DNA of 64,000 nt, taken from positions 40,982,001 to 41,046,000 of the forward strand of contig OZ024741.1 in the NCBI GenBank assembly GCA_964016885.1, given 5' to 3'. The notes below the pieces were generated by a model. That model was not told the origin of the DNA and did not search any database. It was given only the letters and a program-made list of their open reading frames with translations. The position numbers and the translations under genes were made by a program. Within the stretch, counting starts at the first letter, position 1. The number at the start of each line of letters is the position of its first letter. Source of the DNA: Eledone cirrhosa. Its lineage: Eukaryota. Of the stretch, positions 11,935 through 25,344 are shown piece by piece.

Positions 11935-12240
11935 ATCGTTTTACATTTTTCTTTGAATGCTTGCAATGGTTGGACAGGTCTTTGCCAGCACTCCAATTCT
12001 ACACTCATTGAGGTCCTTCATCATTTTTTTCAATAAACTTCAGCAATTTGAGATAAAATCTCACAACATCTGCCTAGGGTTTTCTTGGTCTCCCTTTACT
12101 GCATATTCCTTCCATTAGTAATTCTTGCTGTTATGCAACATTGCTACTTGCACCTTGCATGCAGGCATCATACAGCTGGCCTTTTGATCCTAGAGAGAAA
12201 TCTTTTGACGTCAAAAGAAGCAGTATCTCCCTTCCACAGA
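11935..12240 (-). mobile_element. Highly decayed RTE 3' fragment
   Basis: Remnants of GRLYDAC and GRPRK coding segments plus tail hairpin. Confidence 0.5.
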
Positions 12241-12706
12241 ATGTAGACATTTAAATGCATCATATCTCCTACACTTCTTCTTCGTTCCTAATATTTTCTT
12301 TTCTTGCTCTACTTTGATAAAGAGTATCTGTAATGGAAATTTCTGCTCTTATGCTGTTTACCTGAATAACTGGTTTTGGTTTACACTTTTATCTAAAAGT
12401 CTAAAGTTTGTGTTAAGCCAGAAGGCTCATTTGGCCAGTACTTATCCTGGTTTCATGGCATGTAGCGACTGAGAGTACAAGACCCCCCCCCCATCCCTCT
12501 GGACAGAATGCCAGTCAATCGTAAGATTAAACCCCCAGCTATTGCTGGTACTCATTTTCAGCTGAGCAACGTGAAATGATGTGTTTTGTTCAAGAACACT
12601 ACACGCAAGCCAGGAATCAAATCCATGACATTATGATCGTAAGTTCAACAACCTTACCACATGCCTCCACTTACCCTTCTATACACACACATATATATAT
12701 ATATAT

Positions 12707-12830
12707 AAGTTTACCCCAGGTTCAATCGGGGGTAACCACAGTAAGTAAGGTACTCAATACAATAAGCTTCCTGATGATTTCTGCCAACTGAAACAGTTCT
12801 AGTCCTGTAGAAGCTTTTCTAAATTAAATA
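12707..12830. mobile_element. PLE fold-back fragment: minus-strand tail 12707-12762 plus inverted arm with hammerhead 12764-12816 (+)
   Basis: Both parts match 40545-40680 but in opposite relative orientation; stem I AAGCUUC/GAAGCUU, CUGAUGA 12771-77, GAAA 12790-93, CAG/CUG, GUA; stem II decayed. Confidence 0.75.
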
Positions 12831-12973
12831 TGTATATATATGGCATTAGGAAGGGCATCCTGCCATAGATACCAAACCAGAAACAGTTCTGTATGAGCAA
12901 GATATGATCATCTGATCTGTTTGTCTCACAACATGGAAAAATGGACGTTAAACAATGATGATGATACATATAT

Positions 12974-13007
<34 letters not shown>

Positions 13008-13854
13008 CTGTAAACAAAATCCCACATTTAATATATTTAAAACTCATCCAAAGCTGAATACATGGAAGTAAGATACAAGTGCAATAAAAAATTAAAGAGA
13101 TAATCTTGAATTACAAGAAGAAGAATGGAAATCTTTGAACTGAACTGAACTTATATAAAAATATAACTTAAAGGAAAATTTTCAAAATTTGGTTGGCATG
13201 TTGTCAAATATTATATAACTACCAAGTGTGAGAAGGAAAGTAGACACAGGCATGAATGAATTAAGAAGTTTGCTTTGCACTCATCAGATTTCTTCTGTCT
13301 GTATAGTATCTTAGGCAAGTATCTTAACCATTGACAATATTGGTTAGTTTGGTATCAATAGAGTTAATATGAGATGCAAACAATGCCATTTCTTTGCTAA
13401 GGAATATAAATTTAAGTGAGAAACAAGCAAGTAATGCAGGTGTAAATTGAAGCCCTGAAAGTATGAATATGAAGGAGGAAAAAATCAGCATGTGGTATGG
13501 TGGTAATGTGATAAGGATATGTAGTGGGGAGGAAAGGTCAATATATGACTAAACAAGTGCCATAATTCAGTGATAGATGATAGCTAGAGCAGAGGTGGAG
13601 CAATGGAAATCTAGAAATGAGGTAGTTAGGATTGATTTAAGAGATGTAAGGTTAGCAAAGGAATTGACCAATGATAGATCAAGCTGATAAAAGGGTGACT
13701 CTACTACGGGATCTGTCCAATCACTGTTAACAATGGAGATGAATGGCTGTCAAAAGATGAATGATATGTGTGATGATGATGAATGAAAATACAGATTATA
13801 AATAATTATTTATTTTACATAGGATTTTTATTTACAAATATGAATATATGTAGA

Positions 13855-14010
13855 TATGGCTGGGTGGTTAAGGAGTTTGTTTACCAACCATGTTGTGTTA
13901 GGTTCATTTCTAAAGTGTGGTACCTTGGTGGAGTATCTTCTATTATAGCCTTGAGTTAACCAATGCTTTGTGAGTTAAATTTGGTAGATGGAAACTGCAG
14001 AAATCTGGTG
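13855..14010 (+). mobile_element. Old SINE-like family D ending in (TG)n
   Basis: Related diverged copies near 13245, 15345, 37745 (-), 39955, 50525. Confidence 0.55.
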
Positions 14011-14909
14011 TGTGTATGTGTGTGTGTGTATGTGTGTGTGTGTGTGTGTGTGTATGTGTGTGTGTGTGTCTGTCTGTGTGTGTGTGTGTGTGTCTGTCTG
14101 TGTGTCTGTCTGTGTGTCTGTCTGTATGTCCTGTGGTTTGACAAAAAGAGATCAATAAGTACAACACTTTAAAAAACAATAAGCACTGGATGTCTACATG
14201 ATCAACTAAATTGCTTTAGGGTGCTTCCCTAAATCAGCTGAAGTCTAATGACTGAAACCAGTAAAAGAATATAGGAAACAAAAGAAAAGAACGACTACAA
14301 AATCAACAGGAATTATACATTCCTATCATGATTTTGCATTGATTAATTCTTTTGTTACTATATTTCTAATGAAAAACACTGCCTGTAATTTTCAAATAAT
14401 TTTGAAAATAATCAGGAATTTAACAAGATTGATTAATATAACAAACTTCCACAATATTAAGTTAGTGTTTGGAACATGACTTTTACAAAGGTTCTTAAAT
14501 AAAATTATGAGGCTTATTTTTTAGATAACTATGAATACTTTAAAATAGTTTGGTATTATAGAACTAGGGTAATCTCAAGTGGTTTCATTCTAAAACGATT
14601 AAACTTTTGTCTAGAATTTGGATTGAAAAAGCTCTATTTGATCAAATTTTACCAAGGACCTTCAAATCATTAGACATCAAAGGTCATGGTTACCTCTAAA
14701 ACCTAATCCAACATACTGCTGTTACAGATTTCCCCTTACTGCCAGGTGAGAAGGTTGCATATCATACAAAAAGAATACACTATCTTCCATTCTTTTGTAA
14801 GTGGGATCTCAATATTAGCTATCTATATATTTGTGTTTGATATTAATCCTTTTGATATTAACTTGCCTTAAAATGCTTCTAATTCTATGAAACAAAACCA
14901 CCCAGTTAA

Positions 14910-15121
14910 CCCTTTAGAATTTACATTATTCTATATATACTATTGTATTTTTGTGGTAAAGGCTTTACCTGTCATAATTACTTCACATAATATCGAGTCT
15001 ATGAGATTTTGATATTATTTATTTTGAAAACAATAACTTAACATCAGTATGAGTGGCCAGTTATGGCTGGTTTGAACAGAAAGAGCTGAGAGAATTCTGG
15101 CCAGATATGGCCGGTTTAAAT
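14910..15121 (+). mobile_element. piggyBac-like MITE (~205-220 bp)
   Basis: TTAA|CCCTTTAG left end; body matches 43177-43379. Confidence 0.75.
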
Positions 15122-16249
15122 TAAAATCTTACAGCATAATTTGATATAAGAAAAGATTTTTTTAAAGTTATGTTACAGATATCATGTTAATGAAACAATC
15201 ATTTTAGTAAATCCTTTTCAAATTCTTCATTAATTCAAATCCAGTATATTTCATTAGAAAATATTCTAATAAAATGGTTCATGCAAAATCACCTTCTTTT
15301 ACTAGTTTGGATTTTTGCTTATTTTATTTATAGGTACAGGCATAACTGTTTGAAACTATGTGGTGTTGGGCTCTATCTTATTGTGTGGCTTTTGGGGCTG
15401 ACTAATGCCTTGTGTGTGAATACGGTAGCTGGAAATTGTAAGGAAGCTCATTGTGCATATATAATTGGGCCTGCATGTGCATGCAAGTGTGTGTGTATGT
15501 GTGTATAACGATATTTATTCAGATTTTCACAACATGACTACATGGTCACAATGTTTTGGCAAAGCATGCGTTCACAAAGCTTCATCAGAAAGGTGATGTA
15601 ATTCTATATATATTCTGTAGGACAGTATTAATTGCTTCAAGACACATCAGTGCTGTAAGACGTCTGCGTATTTCATTAATTTAGGGGATTTTGAGTTCAA
15701 CTCTAACAGATTAAGGCGGCAGTTCTCAGCCTGGAGTTTACAAGCTAAGTTCAAATTTCATGTACATATGCTCATACTATTTGGAATTCATTATTTTCTC
15801 TGCCGAGGTTGACTTTGCCTTTCATCCTTACGGGGTCGATAAAATAAAGTACCAGTAATGAACTGGGTAATTGCTGGTTTTGTGCCTAAAGTAGAAACAA
15901 TTATTTTCTAAGCATAAACATTTCTCTCTTTCAATAGTTATTCTTGGCATTTAACAATCTGGAAGAGGATAAATTATAGCAGGGCGTTCATGGAAAAAGT
16001 CACTTAACTCTTTTGATATCAAACCACATGAAATTCTTCTTGGTTCTATGATTCAAATCTATTGTAAAGTATTTATATTTATCTGAAAAAGTTTCTATCA
16101 TGATTTTATGCAAGAACATTTGTTAATACTTTTGTTACCATACTTCTAATGAAAGACACTACCTATGATTTTCAAATATTTTTGAAAATAATCATGTATT
16201 TGGTAAGATTTAGTAATATATCAATCTTTTTCATTATTAAGTTGGTGAG

Positions 16250-16440
16250 GGCAGTGAATTGGCAGTATTGGTAGAGGGTCGGACGCCATGCTTAGACATA
16301 TGGAGTTACGGCCCTTGCCATTCTGAGTTCAAATCCCGCCAAGGTTAACTTTGCCTTTCATCCTTACGGGGTCGATAAAATAAAGTACCAGTAATGCACT
16401 GGGTAATTGCTGGCCTTGTGCCTAACGTAGAAACAATTAT
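16250..16440 (+). mobile_element. SINE family B
   Basis: Near-consensus copy; further copies at ~15800-15903, 17035-17260, 27015-27200 (-), 35648-35760, 41860-41955 (-), 48195-48345 (-). Confidence 0.85.
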
Positions 16441-18323
16441 TAAGTTGGAGTTTAGAACATAACTTAATGAAGTTTCTTACATAAATTATGTAACAAGGTA
16501 TTTTTTGATACCTTAAACATTTTAAACAGACTCAGCATAGTTCCAGGTAGTTTGATATTTAAAGGGTTAAATTATGTTCCAAACACCAACTTAATATTGA
16601 GAAGGTTAGTTATATAATTAAATAAGTGCAACTTTTAAATATTTTCCAATTTCTTGAAAACCTCAGGTAGTATCTTTCATCAGAAATAAGGTCACAAAAA
16701 GGTTAAATAAAAGTGAAAATAAGTTGAGGTAGTGAAAACAATTGTGACCCTCAGGGGTTATAGAGTTATCATTCCTGACAGCCTTATTGCCTTACAATCA
16801 CAACAGGAAGATCAATATATTAATTCTTTTGATATCAACCCAACTGAAACTGCCTTTGGTTTTTAACGACATAAAACAGTTTGTTTTAAAGTGTTCATAT
16901 TTAAATCAAAACCTTTCATTAAAACTTTCTCAAAACAACTTTGTTAAATTATGTTTCAAACATAAGCTTAAATAGGAAAGAGTTAAGCTATTTTACTAAA
17001 TACTTCCAAATTATTCATTATTTTCAAAAACAAAAAGGGCAGTGAATTGGCAGAATCGGTAGAACATTGGACATGTTGCTTCATGGCATAGAGTTATGGG
17101 CCTCTATGGTCTGAGTTCAAATTTTGCCAAGATTAGCTTTGCCTTTCGTCCTTACAGGGTTGATAGAATCAAGTACCAATAACAAACTGGGGTTTATTTA
17201 ATCGACTTTCCAACTCCCCAAAATTGCTGGCCTTGTGCCTAAAATAAGAAACCATTATTTTCAAAATAAATTAAAACATGTATGCTGTGTATTTTTCATT
17301 AGAAATATAGTAACAAAAGGGTTAACTTCCTTGCCATTACAAGTAATTGGGGGGGGGGGGGGTATCTTTAAATATTTCCAGAACAAAAATTAATTATTTA
17401 TTTATTTCACAAATATTTCTTTATATTTTTATATATTGATTTGAATTGATTTGATTTTTATCACTACACAGATTTCTTAGTCAGTTGTGTATAATAATGT
17501 GGCTTTACTAAATAACAGCTTTATTTATCCATTCAAATTTGCCATTTTAATGTTGGAAATTCTTTCACATGCTGACAGTAAGATAAAGGAATAAAAATTA
17601 AAACTATAAAAAAATAATAACTCCGGCTGTTCATCAAAGATTTTAGTGAAATCTTTTGTAAAAATATTGAAATACTTTTTTAATGTTGATCCATCAAAAA
17701 ATACAATTTTTTAATTAAAAACCTGGAGAAATCAAATTAAAAATAAAAATTATTGGAGTTAACAGGTTTCTATCAAATATTACACGGAAAAAAAATGCTT
17801 AGTAAGAATATTTTTCTTTAAAATACCAAAATATTGAATAGTAGAAAACACTAAAAATGTATTTTGAAATAAAATCTTAATAAATAAAATATTAGTTTAA
17901 GTTTTCTCATCAATTACAATAAATTTAATTTGAAAAATTAATAAACAAATGAATAAAGTCTCGGTATTTCAAATTTTGAGAAACCAACAATTGGGAGATT
18001 GAAAATGAAATAAATTAGAAAAATTAAATAACTAAAAACAAAATGAAATGAGATATCATGGAGTGAGTTAAATAATAAAATACATTGATTTTTCAGGAGG
18101 ATTTTGTTGTTTCTCTTAAACAATGGAAAATTTTAGCTGGAAAAATGATTAAAAAACGTTTTTGTTTCTTTCCACTTGTACCTTTAGAGGTATTACAGGA
18201 ATGAATACATTAAATTATTAGAAGTGCTATTTTTCTGAATAATTATTCCCAAAATTAATTATTCCTTTGAAATAACATATAAAAATGTGTAACTATGTAA
18301 TATTATATATATATGCAAAACAA

Positions 18324-18363
<40 letters not shown>

Positions 18364-18755
18364 TAGATAATAGATAGATAGAGAGAGAGGGGGGGGGGGA
18401 TAGGATGAAATTGGAAATAGCACTGAAAATATATTTAAGGGTCTGTTTTTCTTGTTTTCCTTTTCTTTGATTTGTCAAAATGGCATTATTGAAAAAATGA
18501 GAGGAACAACCCTTTCAAAAGAGAGTTTTATAATGTATATAAAGTATAACCGGTTTTGATGTATTAGTAAAATTCATATCATCAAATGTTGAGTATTACA
18601 ATTAAAAAGAATTAATAAGGATTAAAAACTAAAAATTAAATATTTAAAATTAAGTGTTGAGGTAAGTTTTTTCATCTTCCTTGTTGAGAAGGAGACTGTA
18701 AAATGAACTCTCGTGTATAGAGAGACAGGTGGTAGTAGCATATATATATATATAA

Positions 18756-19137
18756 CATCATCATCATTTTACGTCCGCTTTTCCCTGCTTGCAAGGGTGG
18801 GACGGGAACTGATTCTGGCTTGATTTCTACAGCTGGATGCCTTCCCTAACACCAACCTCATTTACAGTGAGTGCTGGGTGCTTTTTTGCCGTGGCACCTA
18901 CACGTCCCCTTTACAGTGTGGGCTGGGTGCGTTTTTGCTGTGGCACCTCCACAACCACTTTGCAGTGGAATGATAGGGACCCCAGTCCTATCATCTCATT
19001 TCTACAACTGAGTAAACTGGAGCAATGTGAAATAAAGTGTCTTGCTCAAGGAAACAACACTTCACCTAGTCTGAGAATTGAACTCACAACCTTTCGATTG
19101 CAACCCTAATGCTCTAACCACTAAGCCATGTGCCTCC
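18756..19137 (-). mobile_element. SINE family A (extra 3' module)
   Basis: Reverse complement of 6090-6433 with one additional ~43 bp module. Confidence 0.9.
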
Positions 19138-19516
19138 ATATATATATATATATATATTTGTTTTGCAAGATTTCTTATAAACAGCCATCCAGTTATTGAA
19201 CTAATTGGAAATTTATAATAAATTGAAGTGAAAACCAACAGGTACATGTGTTTTTATTGGCAAAGTATAACTATATATATATATTATAATTTTATATATT
19301 ATCTAATTTTTACATTTGATACTTTACATTTTGCTCGTTGTTCTCGATAAGAGGCCATACTAAGAGTGAGAAATTAAATTTTGTTTCATTCTTTTCCACT
19401 ATATATATATCGTATTTTTACTCCAACAATTTGTTGAGTGCTTTATATCAGTTATAAAAATATTTGCTTGTTGTATCCCAACAATTTAAATAGAACTTCT
19501 ACATATATATATATAT

Positions 19517-20257
19517 CATCATCATCATCAACGTTTAACGTCCGTGTTCCACGCTTGCATGGTGAGGCAAGAGTGATTGTCTTGCTCGCATAGGACTGTC
19601 TGGCAGGTTTTCTACAGTTGGATGCCCTTCCTAACACCAACCACATTTACAGTGTGGGTCTGGGAGGTTTTTACCGTGTTGCCTACACGGCCACATTACA
19701 GCGTGGACTGTGTGTTTTTTTGTCGTGACACCTACACGATCTCATTTGTTTCGGCCTGGATGGCGCGGCACCAACATAACTTTACATAGAACGGGGTGGT
19801 GTGGATGGGGTGGGGGTGGTGGCGGGACGGGGTGTATTTTGTTAGAGATGCCTACTGGCAAGGCGGGTCTTCTCTGTTACTGAGTACCGCCAAAGGTCTC
19901 GGTCCAGTGACATTGTCTTGGAGAGGTGTAAGTGTGTGAGGTCGGAGTTTATCAGCTCGTCCCAGGTTTTTCTAGGTCTGCCTATTCCGTGGCTACCGTC
20001 TATCTTTATTGCCCTGCACTTTGTTATACAGCTATCGACTTTCATGCGCATCACGTGTCCATACCAACGTAGCCTTCTCTCGAGTAAACAACATCAGATC
20101 CCTCTTATCTCTAATTTTTTCCTTAGTTCGTTTATGCTTTGCCGTTCACGTATATTACTGTTACACATCCAGCGGAGCATGCAAGCTTCGTTCCTCTCTA
20201 GTCTGCGTATATCCTCTGCACACAATGCCCAGGTCTCACTGCCATGCAACATTGCTG
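19517..20257 (-). mobile_element. 5'-truncated RTE subfamily 1
   Basis: Near-identical to 10645-11558; ORF 19842-20054 matches the C-terminus; TA flanks. Confidence 0.92.
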
Positions 20258-21133
20258 TATATATATATAAAGCACCCAGCCAACCCTGTAAAGTGATGGA
20301 GGTGTCATGCCGAAAAGTAACCAGTCCACATAGTAAGCTGGTTGTGTAGGTGTCACAACAAAAATTACCCAGTGTGCATTGTAAATATGGTTGGCATTAG
20401 GAAGAGCATCTAGCTGTAGAAACCAGGCCTGAATCAGTTCTGTATGAGTAAGACATGGTCACCTGACTTGGCCTATCTCACAACAGAACAACTCATCTAA
20501 GCCATGCTAGCGTGGAAAATGGATGGTAAACATTAAATGATGATGGTCATCATCATATATATATGAATTAGAAAGTAATGAGTTATATAACAGGAAATTT
20601 AGGGAGTATAAATTTGCCACAGTGGAATACAGTAGGGAATAAAGAAAAATAGAACATCCAGGATATGAAAACTTGTAATAGAGTGAGGGCTTCATAATAG
20701 CATAATGCTAATACTTTTCTTTTTATTGACCTTTTGATAGGATGACAGTGAAAAGTAAAATGGGCTTCAGTCAGAACAAGTATCTATTGATTTAATGACC
20801 TCTGCCAAAGCAACTGCCTCTGCATTCTTATCATTACATGGAGAAGTAATGCTGAATTCACATTAAATATAATGGTAAAATAGTCAAGAAATCTCTTAAA
20901 GGCATCCAAAACCCCCTTAACAAAAAAAATCAAGAAATAAATTTTAAACAAGGAGCAAATGGATAAAATTGCTGACATGCTCAAAACTATGCTAAAATCT
21001 ATATATTAATCAACATCAAAGAAACAACTTCAAATATATGTGTGTGTATATGTGCATGTATGTGCATTTATGTATGTATGTATTTATGTATGTCTGCCTA
21101 TGTATGTGTGTTTAGATTTATGTGTACACACAC

Positions 21134-21164
<31 letters not shown>

Positions 21165-21200
21165 TATACATCTATACTTATACCTCTATACTTATACATC

Positions 21201-21232
<32 letters not shown>

Positions 21233-22438
21233 CATATATATACTTATACATATATATATATACACACACACATATATATACTTATACATATATATATACA
21301 CACACACATATATATAATTATACATATATATACATACACACACACACATATATATATATATATACACACACACATATATATACTTATACATACACACACA
21401 CATATACACACACACACATATATATATACATATATACACACACACACACATATATATACACACACACACATATATATACTTATACATATATATACATATA
21501 CACACACACACACATATATACATATATATACACACACACACAGTCACACACATATATACATTGTCTATTAGCAATATTTAGAAAAAAATTAAGAATTCAA
21601 CTAGGCCTTGATGATTCAGAGTCAAAATGGAGGGATGGGTGGCAGCATGGGTAGGAATATGTAAAGGTGGAACAAAATATGTTGTATTCTTTGATTATAT
21701 TCTTATATTCTGCAGGCATGCAAACTAATTCATTACTGTTCTGTAAATTCTTTAGAACTCATGTAAATGATAGGAATTGTGTGCATGGGTGCACACACAT
21801 ACCCACACATATGTATATATATAAGTATATGTATACTTATACATGCACACACATATATATATGTATATGTGTGTCTCTCTATATATATATACACATATAT
21901 GTATCTAAATACATATACACACAGATGTATATGGGTATGGGTATATATATATCTACCTGAATCAAAGGGTTGAGAAAAGCGTTAGCAAATTAGATATAAA
22001 AAATACAAAAGTATTTTTGAAATCTGTAAGCAGTACTTCTCACTATTCAAAATAATATATACATTATTTGTTCCACATTAATCTGAGTATGTGTATATAT
22101 CAGCAGTAAAAGCACACAGAAAAGCAGTTACATAACATAAGAGTTCCTCCTCAGCCACCTCTCTGGCATATAATTTTGTGCATTAAGCTGGTATTGCACA
22201 TGTAATGCCAGTTTGCTCAACAGATTGGAGAACTCTCTATGGCTATGATGCATGTAAGATGATAACAAAACAATGACTATTATCTGTTTTTAATGAAAAC
22301 AGAGATAAATACATAGAATTATTACTAGAAATAAGTAGACATCTGACATACCATGTGAAAAATAGACAAATTTAGATTTTGTCAAAAAAGTGTTGTTGGG
22401 TGGCAGAGCTTAAAAATATGCTCTCTCTCTCTCTCTCT

Positions 22439-22492
<54 letters not shown>

Positions 22493-22533
22493 AATTCACA
22501 TGCAGATATGTCACTATCTTTAAACCAAATATT

Positions 22534-22596
22534 GTATTTTATCTGACGAAAGCGTACTAAAATATTGGTACCCTTGAAATATGTATAATAAAATAT
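22534..22596 (+). ncRNA. Type I hammerhead ribozyme
   Basis: Stem I GUAUUUUAU/AUAAAAUAU (9 bp), CUGACGA 22543-49, long stem II 22550-75, GAAA 22576-79, near-palindromic stem III AUAUGUAU, AUA triplet. Confidence 0.8.
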
Positions 22597-22644
22597 CGTT
22601 TTATAAAGATATTTTCCATTTATTAATATTATGTGTGTGAGTAA

Positions 22645-22900
22645 AACCACATAGCTGAGTGATTAGAGAATTGGATTCACAATCATGAGAATGTGATTTC
22701 AATTCCCGGACCGGGTGATGCATTATGCCCTTGAGCAAGACACTTTATTTCCCATTGTTCCTTCCGCCTGCATTTGTGACCGACAGATAGTATTAGCAAT
22801 TGGAAAAACTAATGGAAACATTGTTTCCTCAGTCCGATTTGATGAGCTCCACCCCACTCTTTAAGCGAATAAAATCTGGGATCTTGTCAATCGACTGTCG
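22645..22900 (+). mobile_element. SINE family C (family A-like tRNA head, different tail)
   Basis: Head with ccttgagcaagacactttatttc; related copies at 37385-37597 (-) and 39190-39470; head also at 52395, 28040, 24880 (-), 26195 (-). Confidence 0.7.
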
Positions 22901-22951
22901 ATATATATACACACACACACAATATATATACATATTAAAACGATACCATTA

Positions 22952-22999
22952 GGCGAATAGTTGAGTTTTGTTTGCTTTATACCAAATCTTCAGTCTGCC
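22952..22999 (-). ncRNA. Decayed hammerhead downstream of a Naiad-type ORF
   Basis: GGCAGA-CUGAAGA-UUUG..CAAAC-AAAA-CUCAAC-UA-UUCGCC; GAAA lost, consistent with CpG decay. Confidence 0.5.
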
Positions 23000-23311
23000 A
23001 TTTTGTCAGATTTATTTCTGGAGATATTATTGATCACGCAGGAGAGTTCTAAAGCTAAGAGAAGGAAATTAAGAGAGCTAAAACTAGGTTGCTATGAGAT
23101 TACATTAAACTCAATAAAAAATAAGGGAGATAATTCTAAAAAATAAAAATATAGAGGGGGTACAAATTTATGTGTTTATGAGTAAACTTTGGAAGAGGTT
23201 TGGGAGAGAACTTTAAAAAATTAATAATATAAAAGAAACTTATTTATGTGCAGAGTATAGTCACATGAGATAACAGTCAAAACGATTTTTAGTCAGGCTT
23301 AGTCCATTCCT

Positions 23312-23942
23312 TCAGAAAAAAGTAAACTTTTGTTTATGCAGACAGTGATTGAAGAAATTGAAGCAGTTCTTTTTAGAATATAGTTGTGTAAGTATATTCC
23401 ATTTTTTGGCCGTACATAAACAACAACTTTTTAAACCATTAATATAGAGAGTGGATATTTCCAGGATTCTCCATGTTATGGAGAAACCCGTGACACTTTC
23501 TTTGTTTCCCCATGTGGCTTTCAAGCTTTGTAGTATACCTTTTGTCTGGGTGTCTAAAGGTAGTTTTGAGGTGAAAGAAACAGCTCTCCAACATACCTTC
23601 ATATGACCAGGTTTCTGCTTAGTGGTTCTGGATGGTGGAAGCCACTTTTGGTTTATATATCATTGCTGGAGTGTTGAAATCTCAGTCAATGGGGCATGAT
23701 TCTGGCTTTCTGTATAAGATTCTGGAAGGTGGAGGGTTCTTGTATTTATTTATGATGCGAGATCTTATGCTTTTAATACATGAGTAGCTGGTTTTCATTG
23801 TATGATAGTTAAATATCTGATGGCATTTCTGACCTACAGACAAGTGTGAACCTAAAAGTGTTAGGAATATTTTATTCACATTAGTTTTAACATTCAGCAA
23901 GCAGGGTGTTAAGAACCATAAATTTGGTATTTTAACAATCAC
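23312..23942 (-). pseudogene. Decayed Penelope-like (Naiad-type) ORF 3' part with GIY-YIG domain
   Basis: ORF-track peptides LWFLTPCLLNVKTNVNKIFL..HQIFNYHTMKTSYSC..CPID and ITWRIL..SCCLCTAKKWNI..CLHKQKF align with the motifs in 4855-5590. Confidence 0.8.
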
Positions 23943-25019
23943 TATATCTACTCTTTACCTAAAGATGCATTGAGTACTACCTTGATCAGTGATCTTTCCA
24001 TTCTTTGTACTGCAAATACTTCATATACACACACACACATGTGCACACACACACATGCGTGCACCCCCCGCCCCTCACACACACGTATATATATATATAT
24101 ATATATATGCACACATATATAATTTACAATAATAGGAAAGTTAGTAATTTTACTAAATCTTTTCAAATACTTGATTATTTTGAAAATTATTTGAATAGGC
24201 AGTGTCTTTCATTAGAAATAAAAGGTTAAAGAGAAAGCAACAGGAAGGAAGTGAGAACATGAAATATAGACAAACATTACTACCATTCATCATTAAATTT
24301 GTGAAAACCAGATAATCTTCTAAAAGAAAACTAGGTTCTCAAGCTTGGAGCAGTATACTGCATTATGATAGTTAGTACAAGTTTAAAGAACTAACTTCAT
24401 TCATTAAGAACCAATAGAATAGTATTTCTTTTATTTTATTTTTAATTATTGTTATTGTTGTAGATATTAATTTTGGACCTCTGTCAGTTCCAACGATGAG
24501 TGATACAGTTGATTTTGGTCAACAGAATAGTGTGCTTCTGAAATTAACATGCAAATGTATGAGCATTCCCCAGACATGTGTATCCTTAACCTCTTCAGAG
24601 CTGTAGATGACATAACTCGTCCTAACATGTTTGAACTCGTTTCCAACAATTCATAACTTCAAAGTGAGATGGGGTTACTAGTTTATTGATGTGACGTTTG
24701 TCAATCAAAATAGTCATTTTACTGAAAAAACAAACTAAAAAAATCTTGCGCATCAACTGTAGCAGTGTAAAATATACTCAGCAGTCAACAGGTTAAGGTA
24801 GTTCTCAGCAAGATGCAGTGTGAGACTGATTGTGATAAAGCTGGCTCTTTGAATCACAGATACAACCCATTTTTGCCAGCTCAATGGACTGGAGAAGCTT
24901 GAAATATAATATCTGACTCAAGGACACACTGTGCTACTCAGAATTAATCTCACTAAACATAAGTTTAGTGAGTTGAACACCCTAACCACTACACCACATG
25001 CTTTCACATACTGTATATA

Positions 25020-25344
25020 CAAGGGTCTGCTGAAAAGTTCATAGGCTGACTAAGATACTCTCAAGGAATGACCAAATGAGGTTTATTTTTTTACATAGTC
25101 CCTTGAAAGAAACAATGCAGTTATTAATAAAGAGAGTTGGAATTAATGCATGCAAGATTTCACAGCTCTAGCATCACTCCTCCATAGACTAACTAAAATA
25201 CTCTCATGGAATGACCAAATGAGATTTATTTTTCAACATAGTCCCTGAAAAGAAATAATGCTGTTGAAATTAATGCATGCAAGATTTCACAGCTCTAGCA
25301 TCACTCATTCATTTTCAGCCTGTGAAATTTTCAGCTGTCCCTTG
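25020..25344. mobile_element. Tc1/mariner-like MITE with internal ~135 bp tandem duplication
   Basis: TA flanks; imperfect ~30 bp TIRs caagggtctgctgaaaagttcataggctga / tcagcctgtgaaattttcagctgtcccttg. Confidence 0.75.
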
